This document shows, one piece after another, positions 8,561-19,734 of a stretch of DNA of 64,000 bases; the first letter of the stretch is position 1; every line of letters begins with the position of its first letter. This DNA comes from Verrucomicrobiia bacterium. Its GTDB lineage: Bacteria > Verrucomicrobiota > Verrucomicrobiia > Limisphaerales > Fontisphaeraceae. The notes below the pieces were generated by a model. That model saw only the letters and a list, made by a program, of their open reading frames with translations, was not told the origin of the DNA and did no database searches. Position numbers and translations under genes: made by a program. Where the stretch lies: contig JAOAIT010000065.1 of assembly GCA_026414565.1 (NCBI GenBank), forward strand, positions 193 to 64,192, read 5' to 3'.

Positions 8561-9175
8561 TTACTTCAATCTCGCCCGCATCTCCTGCGGCACATCCTCC
8601 ACCGTCCCCAGGCGGGCCAGTTGCAACGCCCGCAGGTAGGCAATGATGGCCCACCGATCCTCAATCGCGATTTGCGCGGCGTAACCGCTCATCAGGTTTT
8701 TGCCATGACTGATGGTGTTAAACAGCTCGCCATCGGCCAGCTCCACGATGCGCTTGTCATGCAGATTGGCCACCACCCCCATGGCCCCGATTTTCTTGGT
8801 AATGCCGTTGCCGTCCGCCTGCGCCCCATGGCAGGGCGCGCAATGAATCAAATACCGCTCCTGCCCCCGCGCCAGCATCGCGTGGGTCACCGGCGCCGGC
8901 AGGGATGCCACGAAATTCGTGGTGCCCGGCAGCCGGCCCGTGTTCCAGGGCGTGTCCTCATACGGTTCGCCGCGCGCAATGGTGCCCGCCGGCCGTGGAC
9001 GGCTCCCGCGTTGATCCGCAAAAAACTCGCTTTGAAACTGCGGCCGCTGTTTGGGCTGGCGGACCATGTCCGCAAAAATTTCGATGGGCGGCCGCCGCGA
9101 CGGGCTGCCGCGGAATCCCGCAATGGCCACCACGGCCACCAACACCGCCACAAAGGTTAGCAGGATGTATCGCAT
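8561..9175 (-). CDS. actE: Alternative Complex III subunit ActE (monohaem cytochrome c)
   Basis: Single CAPCHG motif and an N-terminal signal/anchor (MRYILLTFVAVLVAVVAIAG). The ATG at 9175 lies 2 nt after the actD stop, with GGAGGA inside the actD 3' end. Confidence 0.75.
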   Translation of the reverse strand: MRYILLTFVAVLVAVVAIAGFRGSPSRRPPIEIFADMVRQPKQRPQFQSEFFADQRGSRPRPAGTIARGEPYEDTPWNTGRLPGTTNFVASLPAPVTHAMLARGQERYLIHCAPCHGAQADGNGITKKIGAMGVVANLHDKRIVELADGELFNTISHGKNLMSGYAAQIAIEDRWAIIAYLRALQLARLGTVEDVPQEMRARLK

Positions 9176-9177
9176 GG

Positions 9178-9717
9178 TTATTCCTCCACCCACTCGATGT
9201 GACGGCTGCCCAGCCGCTCCAGCATCTGGCGCGTCTCGGTGTCCGAATACTTCGGGTCATCCGTCTCAATGACCACGTAAAACTTGTCGTGCGTGGCCTG
9301 TTTGAACCGCCGGTTCTTCAGCAGGGGATGATGCAGGCGCGGCAGGCGGTTCAGAAACAACATCCCAAACAACGAGCCAAACGCCCCCAATAAAATGGTC
9401 AATTCGTAGCTCGGCGGAAACGACGACAGCGGACTGTAGAATGGCTTGCCGCCCACCAGGATGGGATAGTCCACCGCATTCATCCACCAAATCATGAGCT
9501 GCCCCAGAGCAAAGCCCGTGGCCCCGCCGATAAAGGTGAACCAGCCCACCGGCGAGTTCTTTAATCCCATCGCCCGATCCATCCCATGCACGGGGAACGG
9601 CGTGAACACATCCCACCGCCGAAAACCGGCGTCACGAATCGCCTCCGCGGCATGCAGTAATGCCGCCGGCGTGTCGAACTCCGCCAGTATGCCGTACACC
9701 TGTCGCGGCGCGCTCAT
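9178..9717 (-). CDS. actD: Alternative Complex III subunit ActD (DUF3341-type membrane protein)
   Basis: 179 aa. [25 protein letters not shown] is typical of the ActD/DUF3341 N-terminus, followed by two TM helices. ATGA overlap with actC at 9714-9717. Confidence 0.8.
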   Translation of the reverse strand: MSAPRQVYGILAEFDTPAALLHAAEAIRDAGFRRWDVFTPFPVHGMDRAMGLKNSPVGWFTFIGGATGFALGQLMIWWMNAVDYPILVGGKPFYSPLSSFPPSYELTILLGAFGSLFGMLFLNRLPRLHHPLLKNRRFKQATHDKFYVVIETDDPKYSDTETRQMLERLGSRHIEWVEE

Positions 9718-11162
9718 GCGTGGTGCCCTCCTTCCTTCGCCCCGCCCAGCGGATGGTGCGGGTCGGCCTGCGGCGTAATGCCTTTGACCTCACTGATGGC
9801 AATCATCGGCAGGAATCGCATAAACAACAGGAACAACGTCAGGAACAGTCCAAACGTCCCCACAAAGGTCAAGATGTCCACCTTCGTGGGGATGAAATAA
9901 CCCCAGTTGGACGGCATGAATTCACGGGCCAGCGTGGTGGCGATGATCACAAACCGCTCAAACCACATGCCAATGTTCACCACAATTGAAATGATGAACA
10001 CCGCCCACATGTTCTGCCGGATGTGCTTGAACCAGAACAACTGCGGCGAAATCACGTTGCAGGTGATCATGATCCAGTAGGCCCACCAATACGGCCCAAA
10101 CGCGCGAAACTTGAAGGCGTCCAGCTCGTAGGGATTCCCGCCATACCAGGCGATGAAGAACTCCATGCCGTAGGCGTAGCCCACAATCGAACCGGTGGCC
10201 AGCACCACCTTGCACATCAAGTCCACATGGCGCTTGGTGATGATGTCCTCCAAATGACACACCGACCGCAGCGGCACCAGCAGCGTCAACACCATGCCAA
10301 ACCCGCTGAAAATTGCGCCGGCCACAAAGTAGGGAGGAAAGATGGTGGTATGCCAGCCCGGCAACTGCGACACCGCAAAGTCAAACGACACGATCGAGTG
10401 CACCGAGAGCACCAGCGGCGTGGACAGGCCGGCCAGCAGCAGATAGGCCTTCTCATAGTGGCTCCAATGCCGGTTGGATCCCCGCCAGCCCAGGGCAAAC
10501 AAACCATACAGAATCTGCCGCAGTTTCGTCTTCGCCCGATCCCGCATCACCGCCAGATCCGGAATCAACCCCATGTACCAGAACAACACCGACACGGTGA
10601 AGTAGGTGGACACCGCAAACACGTCCCACTCCAGCGGCGAGCGAAATTGCGGCCAGATGTTGTTGGAGGTTGGGATCGGCAGCAGCCACCACGCCAGCCA
10701 CGGCCGGCCGGTGTGCACCAGCGGAAAGATGCCGGCGCACATCACCGCAAAGATGGTCATGGCCTCCGCGGCGCGATTGATGCTCGTGCGCCAGCGCTGC
10801 CGCAGCAAAAACAGAATGGCCGAAATCAGCGTGCCCGCGTGGCCGATGCCGATCCAGAACACAAAGTTGGTGATGTCCCAGGCCCAGGCCACCGGATGAT
10901 TCAAGCCCCAGACGCCGATGCCCGTGCTGATCAGATAGGCCAGCATCACAAAGCACAACACCATCACCGACGCGCTGATGCCAAAGGCCACCCACCACCA
11001 GCGCGGAGTTTTGCCCTCCGCCACACCGGCAATGTGATCGGTGATCCAGCCCAGCGAGCGGTTGTTTAACACCAGCGGCTCGCGCTCCAGTTCCGGCGGC
11101 GGGGCTTCCACCCGCACGTTGGCCGCGGCCGTCAAGGCGGTGGGAGAGGTTGCGTGCGCCAT
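9714..11162 (-). CDS. actC: Alternative Complex III subunit ActC (NrfD/PsrC-like quinol-interacting membrane subunit)
   Basis: 482 aa polytopic protein with NrfD-like sequence ([35 protein letters not shown]). TAATG overlap with actB at 11162. Confidence 0.85.
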   Translation of the reverse strand: MAHATSPTALTAAANVRVEAPPPELEREPLVLNNRSLGWITDHIAGVAEGKTPRWWWVAFGISASVMVLCFVMLAYLISTGIGVWGLNHPVAWAWDITNFVFWIGIGHAGTLISAILFLLRQRWRTSINRAAEAMTIFAVMCAGIFPLVHTGRPWLAWWLLPIPTSNNIWPQFRSPLEWDVFAVSTYFTVSVLFWYMGLIPDLAVMRDRAKTKLRQILYGLFALGWRGSNRHWSHYEKAYLLLAGLSTPLVLSVHSIVSFDFAVSQLPGWHTTIFPPYFVAGAIFSGFGMVLTLLVPLRSVCHLEDIITKRHVDLMCKVVLATGSIVGYAYGMEFFIAWYGGNPYELDAFKFRAFGPYWWAYWIMITCNVISPQLFWFKHIRQNMWAVFIISIVVNIGMWFERFVIIATTLAREFMPSNWGYFIPTKVDILTFVGTFGLFLTLFLLFMRFLPMIAISEVKGITPQADPHHPLGGAKEGGHHA

Positions 11163-14100
11163 TAGTGGCCTCCTTTCCCGGTGGGCGCGCCGTGCGTCTC
11201 GAACGGCGAGCCATGCCGTTGCATGTACTCCTGCAAGGCCGCCGGATGCGGCTGCTCAGGGTTGAAATCAGGCATACGTTCGTTGGGATTGCGCACCCGC
11301 GCCAGATACGTCGTGCGCGGGCGGGTATCCAGATATCCTAACATGCTGTAGTTGTGCTCCAATCGGCGCCATTGCGACACCGTGCTCTCCGGATCAGACA
11401 CATCGCCAAACACAATCGCCTCCGCCGGGCACGCCTGCTGGCAGGCCGTCTTGGGAATCGTCCCCTCGCTCTCCCGCAGTCGCACCTCGCCCGAGGCGCG
11501 GGCTTTGACCTTCTTGGCGATCTTCGCCTGCTCGATGCGCTGGATGCAGTAGGTGCATTTTTCCATCACGCCGCGCATACGCACGGTCACATCGGGGTTG
11601 CGCACCAGCTTCAACAAATCCCATTCGTCCGCCGGCACCGTGCCGCGGTCCGGGTCCTTGAACCACCGTGCCAGCTCCCACTGGCCATCAGGATTCCGGC
11701 TGAAGGGGCTGCGATACAAATCATCCTTGGGCCGGCGATTGTAATCAAAGAAGTTGAACCGCCGCACCTTGTAAGGGCAGTTGTTGCTGCAATACCGCGT
11801 GCCCACGCAGCGGTTGTAGGTCATCAGATTCAACCCCTCGTCATTGTGCACCGTGGCGTTCACCGGGCACACATTCTCGCACGGCGCATTTTCGCAGTGC
11901 AGGCACATCACCGGTTGATAGGCAATCTGCGGATTCTCCACGCTGCCCGCATAATACCGGTCCAACCGCAGCCAGCTCATCTCCCGGCCCCGGGTCACCT
12001 GCTCCTTGCCCACGATGGGAATGTTGTTCTCACTCTGGCAGGCCACCATGCAGGCCGTGCAACCCACACACGCCGTCAAATCCACCACCATCCCCCACTG
12101 ATGCATCCCCGTCAGCGCCGGCCGCGGGTAAATGGGCCGTGGATTGCCCTGCGCATCCTTGGGAATGTGTCCTGTGTGGGAGGGCGCATCCAAATCCATG
12201 TGCTTCGCGAATTGCGGATGCTTGTCGAACTGCGCCTTGTTGATCTCGCGCACCAGCGGACGTCCCTCCATCGCCCCGTGCTCCTGCGTGCTGGCCAGTT
12301 GCCGCGTCACCCCGGGCAACGGCCGCAACTGCGCCCCGCCCGCAAAATGCGCCTCGTCCAGCTTGACCCGGTAGGCATTGAAGCCCGCCGCCGTGCCGTC
12401 AGCCAGCCGCCCGATGCGCCCGGTCTTTTCCCGGCCGTAACCCAGCGGGAGGCCCACCACAAAATCGGCCATGCCGGGCTGAATCCAGACGGCGCCGCTG
12501 ACTTTGGCGCCATTCAAAGTGATCTCCGCCACCGGGTTGAAGAAAAGTCCCTTCTCCGCCTTGGGGCCCCGCGCTTTTTCATCAAAGCCCTCCAAGCCCA
12601 GCGCCTTCGCCGTCGCCGGGCTGAGCAGGATGGCATTGTCCCACGTCAGCTTGGTGATGGGATCCGGCGTCTCCTGCAGCCATCCGTTGTTGTTGAAGCG
12701 GCCGTCATCCACGCTGTAGCTCCGCTGAAACACCAGCTCGAGGCTTTGCGCCGAGGGCGCAGCCGCCGGGCGGGCGGCCGCCAGCGCTTTCTGCACCGCG
12801 CCCGTCTGGAGCTGCCCGCTTACAGGCGCGGGGGCCGATCCCGCCTGAAAACCATCATGTAAAAACTTCTTCCATGCCTCCTCCTGGCGGCCGTGCAGGC
12901 CAAAGAACGTCTCCCGCACGATGTCATAGGGCCGCGTGACCTCCATCCCCCCCAGCCGCGCCAGCACTTCCAGCTCGGTGATGCCGCCAAACAAGGGCTC
13001 AATCAGGGGCTGCACCGGCACCAGCGTGCCGTCGGCCGTCCGCGCGTCGCCCCAGCTCTCCAGGTAATGCAATTGCGGCAGATGCCAGTCGCAGCTCACG
13101 CTGGTTTCATCCTCGTAATAGCCCAGACGCACCACCCGCCGCGCCTGCCGCTGCACCGTTGCCCAGTTCAGGGAGGCGGGCGCCGTGTAGGCCGGGTTGC
13201 CGCCGCATATCACCAGCGTATCCACCTGCCCGGCCTTCAGGGCCGCGGCCAGCTCCGCCAGCGTGCCTTCCACCGGCTCCTTCGCCGGCAGCAACACCAG
13301 GGTTTGATTCAGGTTGTCCAGCGCCGCGTTGATCAGATGCGCCATCAGGTGCACCACCAACGGCTGGCGGTAGCCCGCCATGACCAGCCCGTTTTTACCC
13401 TGGCTCACCAGGTCCCTGGCGCACTCCTCAATCCAGCGGCTGTGCGCGCCCGCCGGCTGGGCCAGCGGCTTCAACAGGGCTGCCAGCTCGCCATACCGGC
13501 CGGTCTGCTGCAATACTGCCAGCGCCAGCCCCGCAGCCAGGGCCTGCACCTGCGAGCCTGGCAGGCGCAACCGATGATCCGCATTGGCCCCGGTCAGGGA
13601 AAACAACGGCTCGACGACATAAAGCCGGTTCATCACATCCCCCGGTTTGCGCACGCGCCGCCCCCGTGCAAACCGCCGCACATGCAGATAGGTATCCTCT
13701 TCGGCGCCGAGAAAGTCGGCGTCCAGGGACACAATCACCCGCGCCGCGTCCAGCTTAAAGTAGGGCCTCAACGGCTGCCCATAGGCCGTCGAAGCCGCCT
13801 GCCGGTGGATATCAAAATCCACCGCCTCGTGCACAAACCAACGGGCCTTGGGCAACCGTTGGCGCAAAGCCTCCTGGAGACGCTGCCTGGACGGCGAGCT
13901 GCTGCGCTCCAGCAAAAAGCTCCATCCCTCCCCCTGCCTGGCCGCCGCCTCCCGGCCCAGCGTGTCCAGCATGTCCAGCGCCTGCTCCCGCGAGCGCAAC
14001 TGCCCCCGCTCCAGGAAACGCATGGCGCGATCCGGATCATAAAGGTTCAATAACGAAGCCTGGGCAAACTGATCTGTGGCCCCGTTGCTGTCCGGATGCA

Positions 14101-14479
14101 GGGCGTTGCCCTCAATCTTCGTTGGCCGCCCGTCGTGGCTCTTCACCACCAGCGGGATGGCGCTGCCCCGCGTCGGATACGCGGTGGCGTAGTACACCGG
14201 CACCCCATGCACATAATGCTCCGGCTGCTTGCCAAACGGCATGATCTTTTCCTCCGGCCGCCGGCAGCCCGTCATGCCCAGCCCCGCCAGAAGGAACGAG
14301 GCGGACATGATCTTCACAAAGTGCCGGCGTGTCAGCGGATCCGTCAGCTCGCTGGCGCCGGCGGGAAATTCACGTTCAACCCACTCACGAAATTCGGGAC
14401 GCTCGGCCAGCTCATCCAGGCTGCGCCAGTACTTCGGGCCGGTCTCAGGTTCGGGACAGGGGGGAGGTATCGTCTTCAT
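11162..14479 (-). CDS. actB: Alternative Complex III subunit ActB (molybdopterin-oxidoreductase-like domain fused to a 4Fe-4S ferredoxin-like domain, Tat signal)
   Basis: The start MKTIPPP at 14479 overlaps the actA stop (ATGA). Twin-arginine motif [12 protein letters not shown] is present. C-terminal Cys clusters are [41 protein letters not shown] and CTYC. Confidence 0.85.
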   Translation of the reverse strand: MKTIPPPCPEPETGPKYWRSLDELAERPEFREWVEREFPAGASELTDPLTRRHFVKIMSASFLLAGLGMTGCRRPEEKIMPFGKQPEHYVHGVPVYYATAYPTRGSAIPLVVKSHDGRPTKIEGNALHPDSNGATDQFAQASLLNLYDPDRAMRFLERGQLRSREQALDMLDTLGREAAARQGEGWSFLLERSSSPSRQRLQEALRQRLPKARWFVHEAVDFDIHRQAASTAYGQPLRPYFKLDAARVIVSLDADFLGAEEDTYLHVRRFARGRRVRKPGDVMNRLYVVEPLFSLTGANADHRLRLPGSQVQALAAGLALAVLQQTGRYGELAALLKPLAQPAGAHSRWIEECARDLVSQGKNGLVMAGYRQPLVVHLMAHLINAALDNLNQTLVLLPAKEPVEGTLAELAAALKAGQVDTLVICGGNPAYTAPASLNWATVQRQARRVVRLGYYEDETSVSCDWHLPQLHYLESWGDARTADGTLVPVQPLIEPLFGGITELEVLARLGGMEVTRPYDIVRETFFGLHGRQEEAWKKFLHDGFQAGSAPAPVSGQLQTGAVQKALAAARPAAAPSAQSLELVFQRSYSVDDGRFNNNGWLQETPDPITKLTWDNAILLSPATAKALGLEGFDEKARGPKAEKGLFFNPVAEITLNGAKVSGAVWIQPGMADFVVGLPLGYGREKTGRIGRLADGTAAGFNAYRVKLDEAHFAGGAQLRPLPGVTRQLASTQEHGAMEGRPLVREINKAQFDKHPQFAKHMDLDAPSHTGHIPKDAQGNPRPIYPRPALTGMHQWGMVVDLTACVGCTACMVACQSENNIPIVGKEQVTRGREMSWLRLDRYYAGSVENPQIAYQPVMCLHCENAPCENVCPVNATVHNDEGLNLMTYNRCVGTRYCSNNCPYKVRRFNFFDYNRRPKDDLYRSPFSRNPDGQWELARWFKDPDRGTVPADEWDLLKLVRNPDVTVRMRGVMEKCTYCIQRIEQAKIAKKVKARASGEVRLRESEGTIPKTACQQACPAEAIVFGDVSDPESTVSQWRRLEHNYSMLGYLDTRPRTTYLARVRNPNERMPDFNPEQPHPAALQEYMQRHGSPFETHGAPTGKGGH

Positions 14480-15126
14480 CGGTGGCAGGCGGAGCAATGT
14501 TGGGAAGGATTGACTTTCCAGTCACGCACCGCTTTCTGCGCCCAGTCTTTGGGCAGGTGCTGATGCGGATCCCACGCCAGATCGGTCACCTTGTCGAGCG
14601 GCCGCAGATTCGGCTCCGGCGCCCGGTGACACTCCAGACAGAAGGCCATGCTCAGGGGCTGGGCATGCCGCACCTCTTCCATTTGATGAATGTTGCCATG
14701 ACAACTCAGACAGCTAATCCCGCGATTCACATGCACCGCGTGGTTGAAATACACATAATCCGGCAGTTTGTGCACCTGCACCCACGGAATGGGCCGGCCC
14801 GTCTGCGCGCTCTCCCGCACCAGCGCCAACCGCGGATCATCCTTTAACACCTGATTGTGGCAGTTCATGCAGGTGGCGGCGGAGGGAATGTTGGAGTACC
14901 AGGACTGCTCCACGCCGCTATGGCAATACCGGCAATCCATGCCCAACTGCCCCACGTGCGTGGCATGCGAAAACGCCACCGGCTGGATGGGCGTGTAACC
15001 CACCCGCGTGTACTTGGGCGTGAAATAATACCACAAACCCGCCACCGCGCCCCCCCCAAACAACAAAAGACTCATGAGGGCGTAAATCGGCAGCCGGTTG
15101 GTCCATTTAGGAAAAACATCCGACAT
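14476..15126 (-). CDS. actA: Alternative Complex III subunit ActA (pentahaem cytochrome c, membrane anchored)
   Basis: 216 aa with an N-terminal TM helix and five CxxCH motifs: CRYCH, CMNCH, CLSCH, CLECH, CSACH. Confidence 0.85.
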   Translation of the reverse strand: MSDVFPKWTNRLPIYALMSLLLFGGGAVAGLWYYFTPKYTRVGYTPIQPVAFSHATHVGQLGMDCRYCHSGVEQSWYSNIPSAATCMNCHNQVLKDDPRLALVRESAQTGRPIPWVQVHKLPDYVYFNHAVHVNRGISCLSCHGNIHQMEEVRHAQPLSMAFCLECHRAPEPNLRPLDKVTDLAWDPHQHLPKDWAQKAVRDWKVNPSQHCSACHR

Positions 15127-15515
15127 GGTTGCCTGTTCGCCTTTCTACACGTTTGCCAACATTAGCAAATTCAATGTGCTCAATGAATAGGCCTTCAATT
15201 AGCCCAGAATTATTGTCCCGCAAGCAACGCCGACGTAATTTGTTAACTTTTTATTTTTACTAATACAATCTATTAATAAATGTTACGCATACTCAATTCT
15301 CCACCACCGCCCTGCCCTGTGCCTGACTCTGCCTCAAGGGATTAAGCCCTATTCTGCCATGCCCAGCCCCGCAACTCAAGCCACACCCGCCCGGGCCGCC
15401 TGCCGCCAAAACCCAAGCCCATCACCCATGCCTTGAGGCTGAATCCCCCCATCCGCCACGGCCCCCCTGCGCCCGCTTGTGTTTTGCCCGGCTTTCCCTT
15501 AGCGTTTCTCCCGCT
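15127..15515. promoter_or_regulatory. Divergent intergenic region between actA (-) and hisD (+), with a conspicuously AT-rich core (about 15170-15300)
   Basis: This is the only long AT-rich tract in the window (ttaactttttatttttactaatacaatctattaataaatgtta). It contains the inverted repeat TTTGC-N8-GCAAA at 15152-15169. It must hold at least the act promoter. No -35/-10 assignment was attempted. Confidence 0.4.
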
Positions 15516-16811
15516 ATGAACGTGTTACGCTACACGGATGCCGATTACGCGCAGCGCAAAGCCCAACTGACGGCCGCCGCGCCCTTGTTTGAGCCCCAAA
15601 TTGAGGAGCGCGTCCGGGCCATCATCCAGGCCGTGGCCGAAGGCCGCGACGCCGCCGTGGCCGAATTCACCGCGCGGTTTGACGGTGTCCAGCTCGCGCC
15701 GCCGCAATGGGCGGTGACGCAGGCCGAATTGATGACCGCCGCCCTGACCGCCGACGATGCCCTGCGCCAAGCGGTGGCCGCCACCGACCGCAACGTGGCC
15801 GCCTTCGCCCGCCGCTCCCGCCGCAAAAACTGGTCGGCCCGCAACGCCCAGGGCGGCCAGGTGGGCGAGAAGTTTGATCCCTTTCAACGAGTGGGCATCT
15901 ACATCCCCGGCGGCACGGCCCCGCTCGTGTCCACCGCCTTGATGACCATCACCCTGGCCCGGGTGGCCGGCTGCCCGCAGATTGTCGTCTGCACCCCGCC
16001 CGGCCGCGATGGCAGCGTCAACCCGGCCCTGCTTTACGCCGCCAGTGCAGCGGGCGCCACCGAGATTTACAAAATCGGCGGTGCCCAGGCCATCGCCGCC
16101 ATGGCTCTGGGCACGGAAACCCTCCAGCGGGTACAGAAGATTTTTGGCCCTGGCAACGCCTACGTGGTGGCCGCCAAACGCCTGCTAGTGGGGCACGTGG
16201 CCATTGACCTCCTGCCCGGCCCGAGCGAAGTGCTGGTGCTGGCCGACGATTCCGCCAACCCCCGTTTTGTGGCGGCCGATCTGCTCGCCCAAGCCGAGCA
16301 CGGCTCCGGTCATGAACGCGTCTGGCTCATCACCACCTCCGGCAAGATGCTCAAGGCGGTGGAAAAGGAAATGCAACGCCAGCTCCCCCAGCTCGAACGC
16401 CGGGCCATGATTGAAACCGCGCTCAACAACAACGGCTGGCTCATTCAAGTACGTGACCTGGCCGAAGGCATTGCACTCATCAACGCCCTGGCCCCGGAGC
16501 ATCTGGAGCTGCACGTGCGCCAGCCGGCGCGCGTCGTCGAAAAAGTGCACACCGCCGGAGCCATCTTCATCGGCCCCTGGTCCCCCACCGTGTTGGGAGA
16601 TTACGTGGCCGGCCCCAGTCACACCCTGCCCACCGGCGGCGCAGGCGCCTCCTTCCCCGGCTTGACGGTGGACATGTTCCAGCGCCGCACCAGTGTGGTG
16701 ACTTATGATCGGGCCGCCCTCAAACGCTCCCTGCCCATCGTCCAAACCTTCGCCCAACTGGAGGGCCTTGACGCCCACGGCCAGTCGGCCGCCATTCGTT
16801 TTCAGAGATAA
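15516..16811 (+). CDS. hisD: Histidinol dehydrogenase
   Basis: The start MNVLRYTD is preferred over the upstream alternative at 15477. Family-typical regions are IYIPGGTAPLVSTALM, PSEVLVLADD, AQAEHG and GDYVAGPSHTLPTGG. Confidence 0.9.
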   Translation: MNVLRYTDADYAQRKAQLTAAAPLFEPQIEERVRAIIQAVAEGRDAAVAEFTARFDGVQLAPPQWAVTQAELMTAALTADDALRQAVAATDRNVAAFARRSRRKNWSARNAQGGQVGEKFDPFQRVGIYIPGGTAPLVSTALMTITLARVAGCPQIVVCTPPGRDGSVNPALLYAASAAGATEIYKIGGAQAIAAMALGTETLQRVQKIFGPGNAYVVAAKRLLVGHVAIDLLPGPSEVLVLADDSANPRFVAADLLAQAEHGSGHERVWLITTSGKMLKAVEKEMQRQLPQLERRAMIETALNNNGWLIQVRDLAEGIALINALAPEHLELHVRQPARVVEKVHTAGAIFIGPWSPTVLGDYVAGPSHTLPTGGAGASFPGLTVDMFQRRTSVVTYDRAALKRSLPIVQTFAQLEGLDAHGQSAAIRFQR

Positions 16812-16816
16812 GACCC

Positions 16817-17929
16817 ATGCAATCCTCCTCCTCCTTGATTCGCCCCCTGGTGCGGCGGCTCCAGGCCTACGTGCCGGGCGAGCAGCCCAAGATTCGCGGC
16901 CTGATCAAGCTCAATACCAACGAAAACCCCTATCCGCCCTCGCCGCACGTCCGCCAAGCCATTCGCCGGGCCGTGGATGCACGCCTCCGGCTCTATCCCA
17001 ATCCCACCGCCCAACCGCTCCGGGAGGCCCTGGCCCGACTGCACGGTTGCTCGCCCGATAACATCGTCATCGGCAACGGCTCCGATGAATTGCTGGCGCT
17101 GGCCACCCGCGCCTTTGTAGAACCGGCGGCGGCGGTGCCCCAAGGCTCCGGCCGGGCCATCGTCCAGTTCTTCAATCCCAGCTATTCCTTGTATCCCGTC
17201 CTGGCCGAGATTCACGGTGCCCTCAGCCGGCCCGTGCCCCTGCGCCCGGATTTTGGTCTGCCGTCCCCGGCCGAACTGAAACGCGGCCAACAGTGGCGTT
17301 TCGATGCCGCCCTCACCTACATCACCACCCCCAACGCCCCCACCGGCCGCGGTTATGCCACGGCTGAGTTGGAGGCGCTTTGCCGGGCACAGCGGGGCGT
17401 GGTGATTCTGGACGAGGCCTACGTGGACTTTGCGGCGGATCATGCGCTGGCCCTGGCCCTGCGTCATCCCAACGTCATTGTCTCGCGCACCTTTTCCAAG
17501 GCCTATTCGCTCTGCTTTCAACGCATCGGTTATTTTGTCGGCCCGCCGGAATTGATGGCCGCCCTCGATAAAATTCGTGACAGCTACAACGTAAACGGCC
17601 TGGGCCAAGTGGCCGCGCTCGCCACCCTCGAAGACCTCGAGTATTACCGCCGCAATTTTCAAAAAGTCATCGCCACCCGCCAATGGCTGGCCGCGGCGCT
17701 GCAACAACTGGGCTTTACCGTGCTGCCCAGCCAGACCAATTTCCTTTTCACCCGCCCCCCGCGCTTTCCCGCCCGCGACTGGCTCGACAAACTGCGCGCC
17801 CAAAAAATCCTGGTGCGCTGGTGGCATTATCCCGAAGTGCGCGATTACCTGCGCATCACCATCGGCACCCGCAAGGAAGCCCAGGCCCTGGTGCAGGCCG
17901 CACGGCGCATCCTTGCCTCCCGCGCCTGA
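16817..17929 (+). CDS. hisC: Histidinol-phosphate aminotransferase (class II PLP aminotransferase)
   Basis: 370 aa. Contains YVPGEQP...IKLNTNENPYPPSP, VILDEAYVDF and SRTFSKAYSLCFQRIGY (PLP-lysine region). It lies 5 nt after hisD. Confidence 0.85.
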   Translation: MQSSSSLIRPLVRRLQAYVPGEQPKIRGLIKLNTNENPYPPSPHVRQAIRRAVDARLRLYPNPTAQPLREALARLHGCSPDNIVIGNGSDELLALATRAFVEPAAAVPQGSGRAIVQFFNPSYSLYPVLAEIHGALSRPVPLRPDFGLPSPAELKRGQQWRFDAALTYITTPNAPTGRGYATAELEALCRAQRGVVILDEAYVDFAADHALALALRHPNVIVSRTFSKAYSLCFQRIGYFVGPPELMAALDKIRDSYNVNGLGQVAALATLEDLEYYRRNFQKVIATRQWLAAALQQLGFTVLPSQTNFLFTRPPRFPARDWLDKLRAQKILVRWWHYPEVRDYLRITIGTRKEAQALVQAARRILASRA

Positions 17930-18004
17930 CCATCTGCCCCCTCCCCTGTCGGACACCCAGACAAACCTTGTCCTGACCCCGCGCCGGGCCTATTTTGATT
18001 TTGC

Positions 18005-19531
18005 ATGGCGGACATTGTCCTTGCCACCCTGAATGCCAAGTACATTCACGCGGCGTTTGGTTTGCGCTATTTGCTGGCCAACCTCGGCGAACTGCGCCCG
18101 CGGGCCGAATTGTTTGAGGCCGACATCAACCAGCGCCCCCTCGACATTGCGGAGGCCCTGCTCGCCCGCTCCCCCCGCATCATCGGCCTGGGGGTGTACA
18201 TCTGGAATGCCACGGAAACCACCGAATTGGTGGCCATCCTCAAACGGCTGCGGCCCGACGTGAAAATCATTCTCGGCGGGCCGGAGGTCAGTTACGAAAC
18301 CGGCGCCCAGGCCGTGGCGCAGATGGCTGATCACGTCATCACCGGCGAGGCGGATTTGATGTTTGCCGAGGTCTGCGCCCAACTGCTGCAAGGCACCACG
18401 CCCCCGAAGCTCATCCCGGCCCCGCTCCCGGATTTGAAGCAGCTCGCCCTGCCCTACAACGAGTACACCGCTCAGGACCTTGCCCACCGGATTGTTTACG
18501 TCGAGGCTTCCCGCGGCTGCCCCTTCTCCTGTGAATTCTGCCTCTCGTCGCTCGATGTCCCCGTGCGCGCCTTTCCCCTGCCAGCCTTTTTGGAGGCCAT
18601 GCAACGCCTCCTGGACCGCGGCCTGCAGCACTTCAAATTCGTGGACCGCACCTTCAACCTCGACCTCCGCGTCAGCCGCACCATCCTCGAGTTCTTCCTG
18701 GCGCGGATGCGTCCCGGCCTGTTTCTGCATTTTGAAATGATCCCCGACCGCCTGCCGCAAGAGCTGCGCGAAATCCTTGTCCGTTTCCCCCCCGGCTCCC
18801 TGCAATTTGAAGTGGGCGTGCAAACCTTTGACGAAGCCACCGCGGCGCGCATCCAGCGCCGGCAAAACCTGCAGCGTTTGGAGGACAATTTCCGCTTCCT
18901 GCGCCAGCACACCGGCGTGCACATTCACGCCGACTTGATCGCCGGCCTACCCGGGGAGGATCTGGCCAGTTTTGCCGCCGGCTTTGACCGCCTGCTCGCC
19001 CTGGAGCCGCATGAAATCCAGGTGGGCATCCTCAAGCGCCTCCGCGGCACGCCCATTGTCCGCCATGATCAGGAATGGGGCATGATCTACAACCCCCTGC
19101 CGCCTTATGATCTCCTGGAAAACCGCCTCATCCCCTTTGCCGAAATGCAGCGCCTTCGCCGCTTTGCACGCTACTGGGACTTGGTGGGCAACAGCGGCAA
19201 TTTCGTTGAATCGCGCGCCCTGCTCTGGCGCGGGCAGCCTTCCGCCTTCAGGGCCTTCATGGAGTTCAGCGACTGGCTCTTCGCGCGCGTGGGCCGCACC
19301 GATGCCATCGCCCTGCCGCGTTTACTGGAGTTGTTGTTTGAGTTCTTGCGGGGCGTGCGCGGATGGTCCGCCCAGGAAATTGCGCCCGTATTGCTGCGCG
19401 ACTATCAACGAGGTGGGCGGCACGACTGCCCCCCCTGCCTGCAACCTTTTCTGCCGCCGGAAGTCCTGCCCGCTCCGGCGCGCCGCCAGGCCCGCTTGCT
19501 GCGCCGCCAGGCGCGCCATCGTCATGGCTGA
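18005..19531 (+). CDS. B12-binding-domain radical SAM protein (DUF4080-type C-terminus)
   Basis: 508 aa. The N-terminal IVLATLNAKYIHAAFGLRYL and IIGLGVYIWN are typical of the B12-binding-like domain. The radical-SAM cluster motif is ASRGCPFSCEFC. Confidence 0.75.
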   Translation: MADIVLATLNAKYIHAAFGLRYLLANLGELRPRAELFEADINQRPLDIAEALLARSPRIIGLGVYIWNATETTELVAILKRLRPDVKIILGGPEVSYETGAQAVAQMADHVITGEADLMFAEVCAQLLQGTTPPKLIPAPLPDLKQLALPYNEYTAQDLAHRIVYVEASRGCPFSCEFCLSSLDVPVRAFPLPAFLEAMQRLLDRGLQHFKFVDRTFNLDLRVSRTILEFFLARMRPGLFLHFEMIPDRLPQELREILVRFPPGSLQFEVGVQTFDEATAARIQRRQNLQRLEDNFRFLRQHTGVHIHADLIAGLPGEDLASFAAGFDRLLALEPHEIQVGILKRLRGTPIVRHDQEWGMIYNPLPPYDLLENRLIPFAEMQRLRRFARYWDLVGNSGNFVESRALLWRGQPSAFRAFMEFSDWLFARVGRTDAIALPRLLELLFEFLRGVRGWSAQEIAPVLLRDYQRGGRHDCPPCLQPFLPPEVLPAPARRQARLLRRQARHRHG

Positions 19532-19543
19532 TACAAAAGCAAT

Positions 19544-19630
19544 TGGTGCCGACGGAGGGAATCGAACCCCCATGCCCTTGCGGGCACCAGATTTTGAGTC
19601 TAGCGCGTCTGCCTATTCCGCCACGTCGGC
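19544..19630 (-). tRNA. tRNA-Leu (anticodon CAA), class II with long variable arm, CCA encoded
   Basis: The reverse complement folds by eye. Acceptor GCCGACG/CGTCGGC, anticodon arm CTAGA-CTCAAAA-TCTGG, variable hairpin GCCC-GCAA-GGGC, T arm GGGGG-TTCGATT-CCCTC, then ACCA. Confidence 0.85.
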
Positions 19631-19734
19631 ACCCGGGGTTTATATAATCCACCCCCCGCTGCCTGCGCAAGCGCAACTTTGCTGAAACTGGAAAAGGCGC
19701 AACGAAACTGATGTGATCAACTGCCTTGCCGTCC

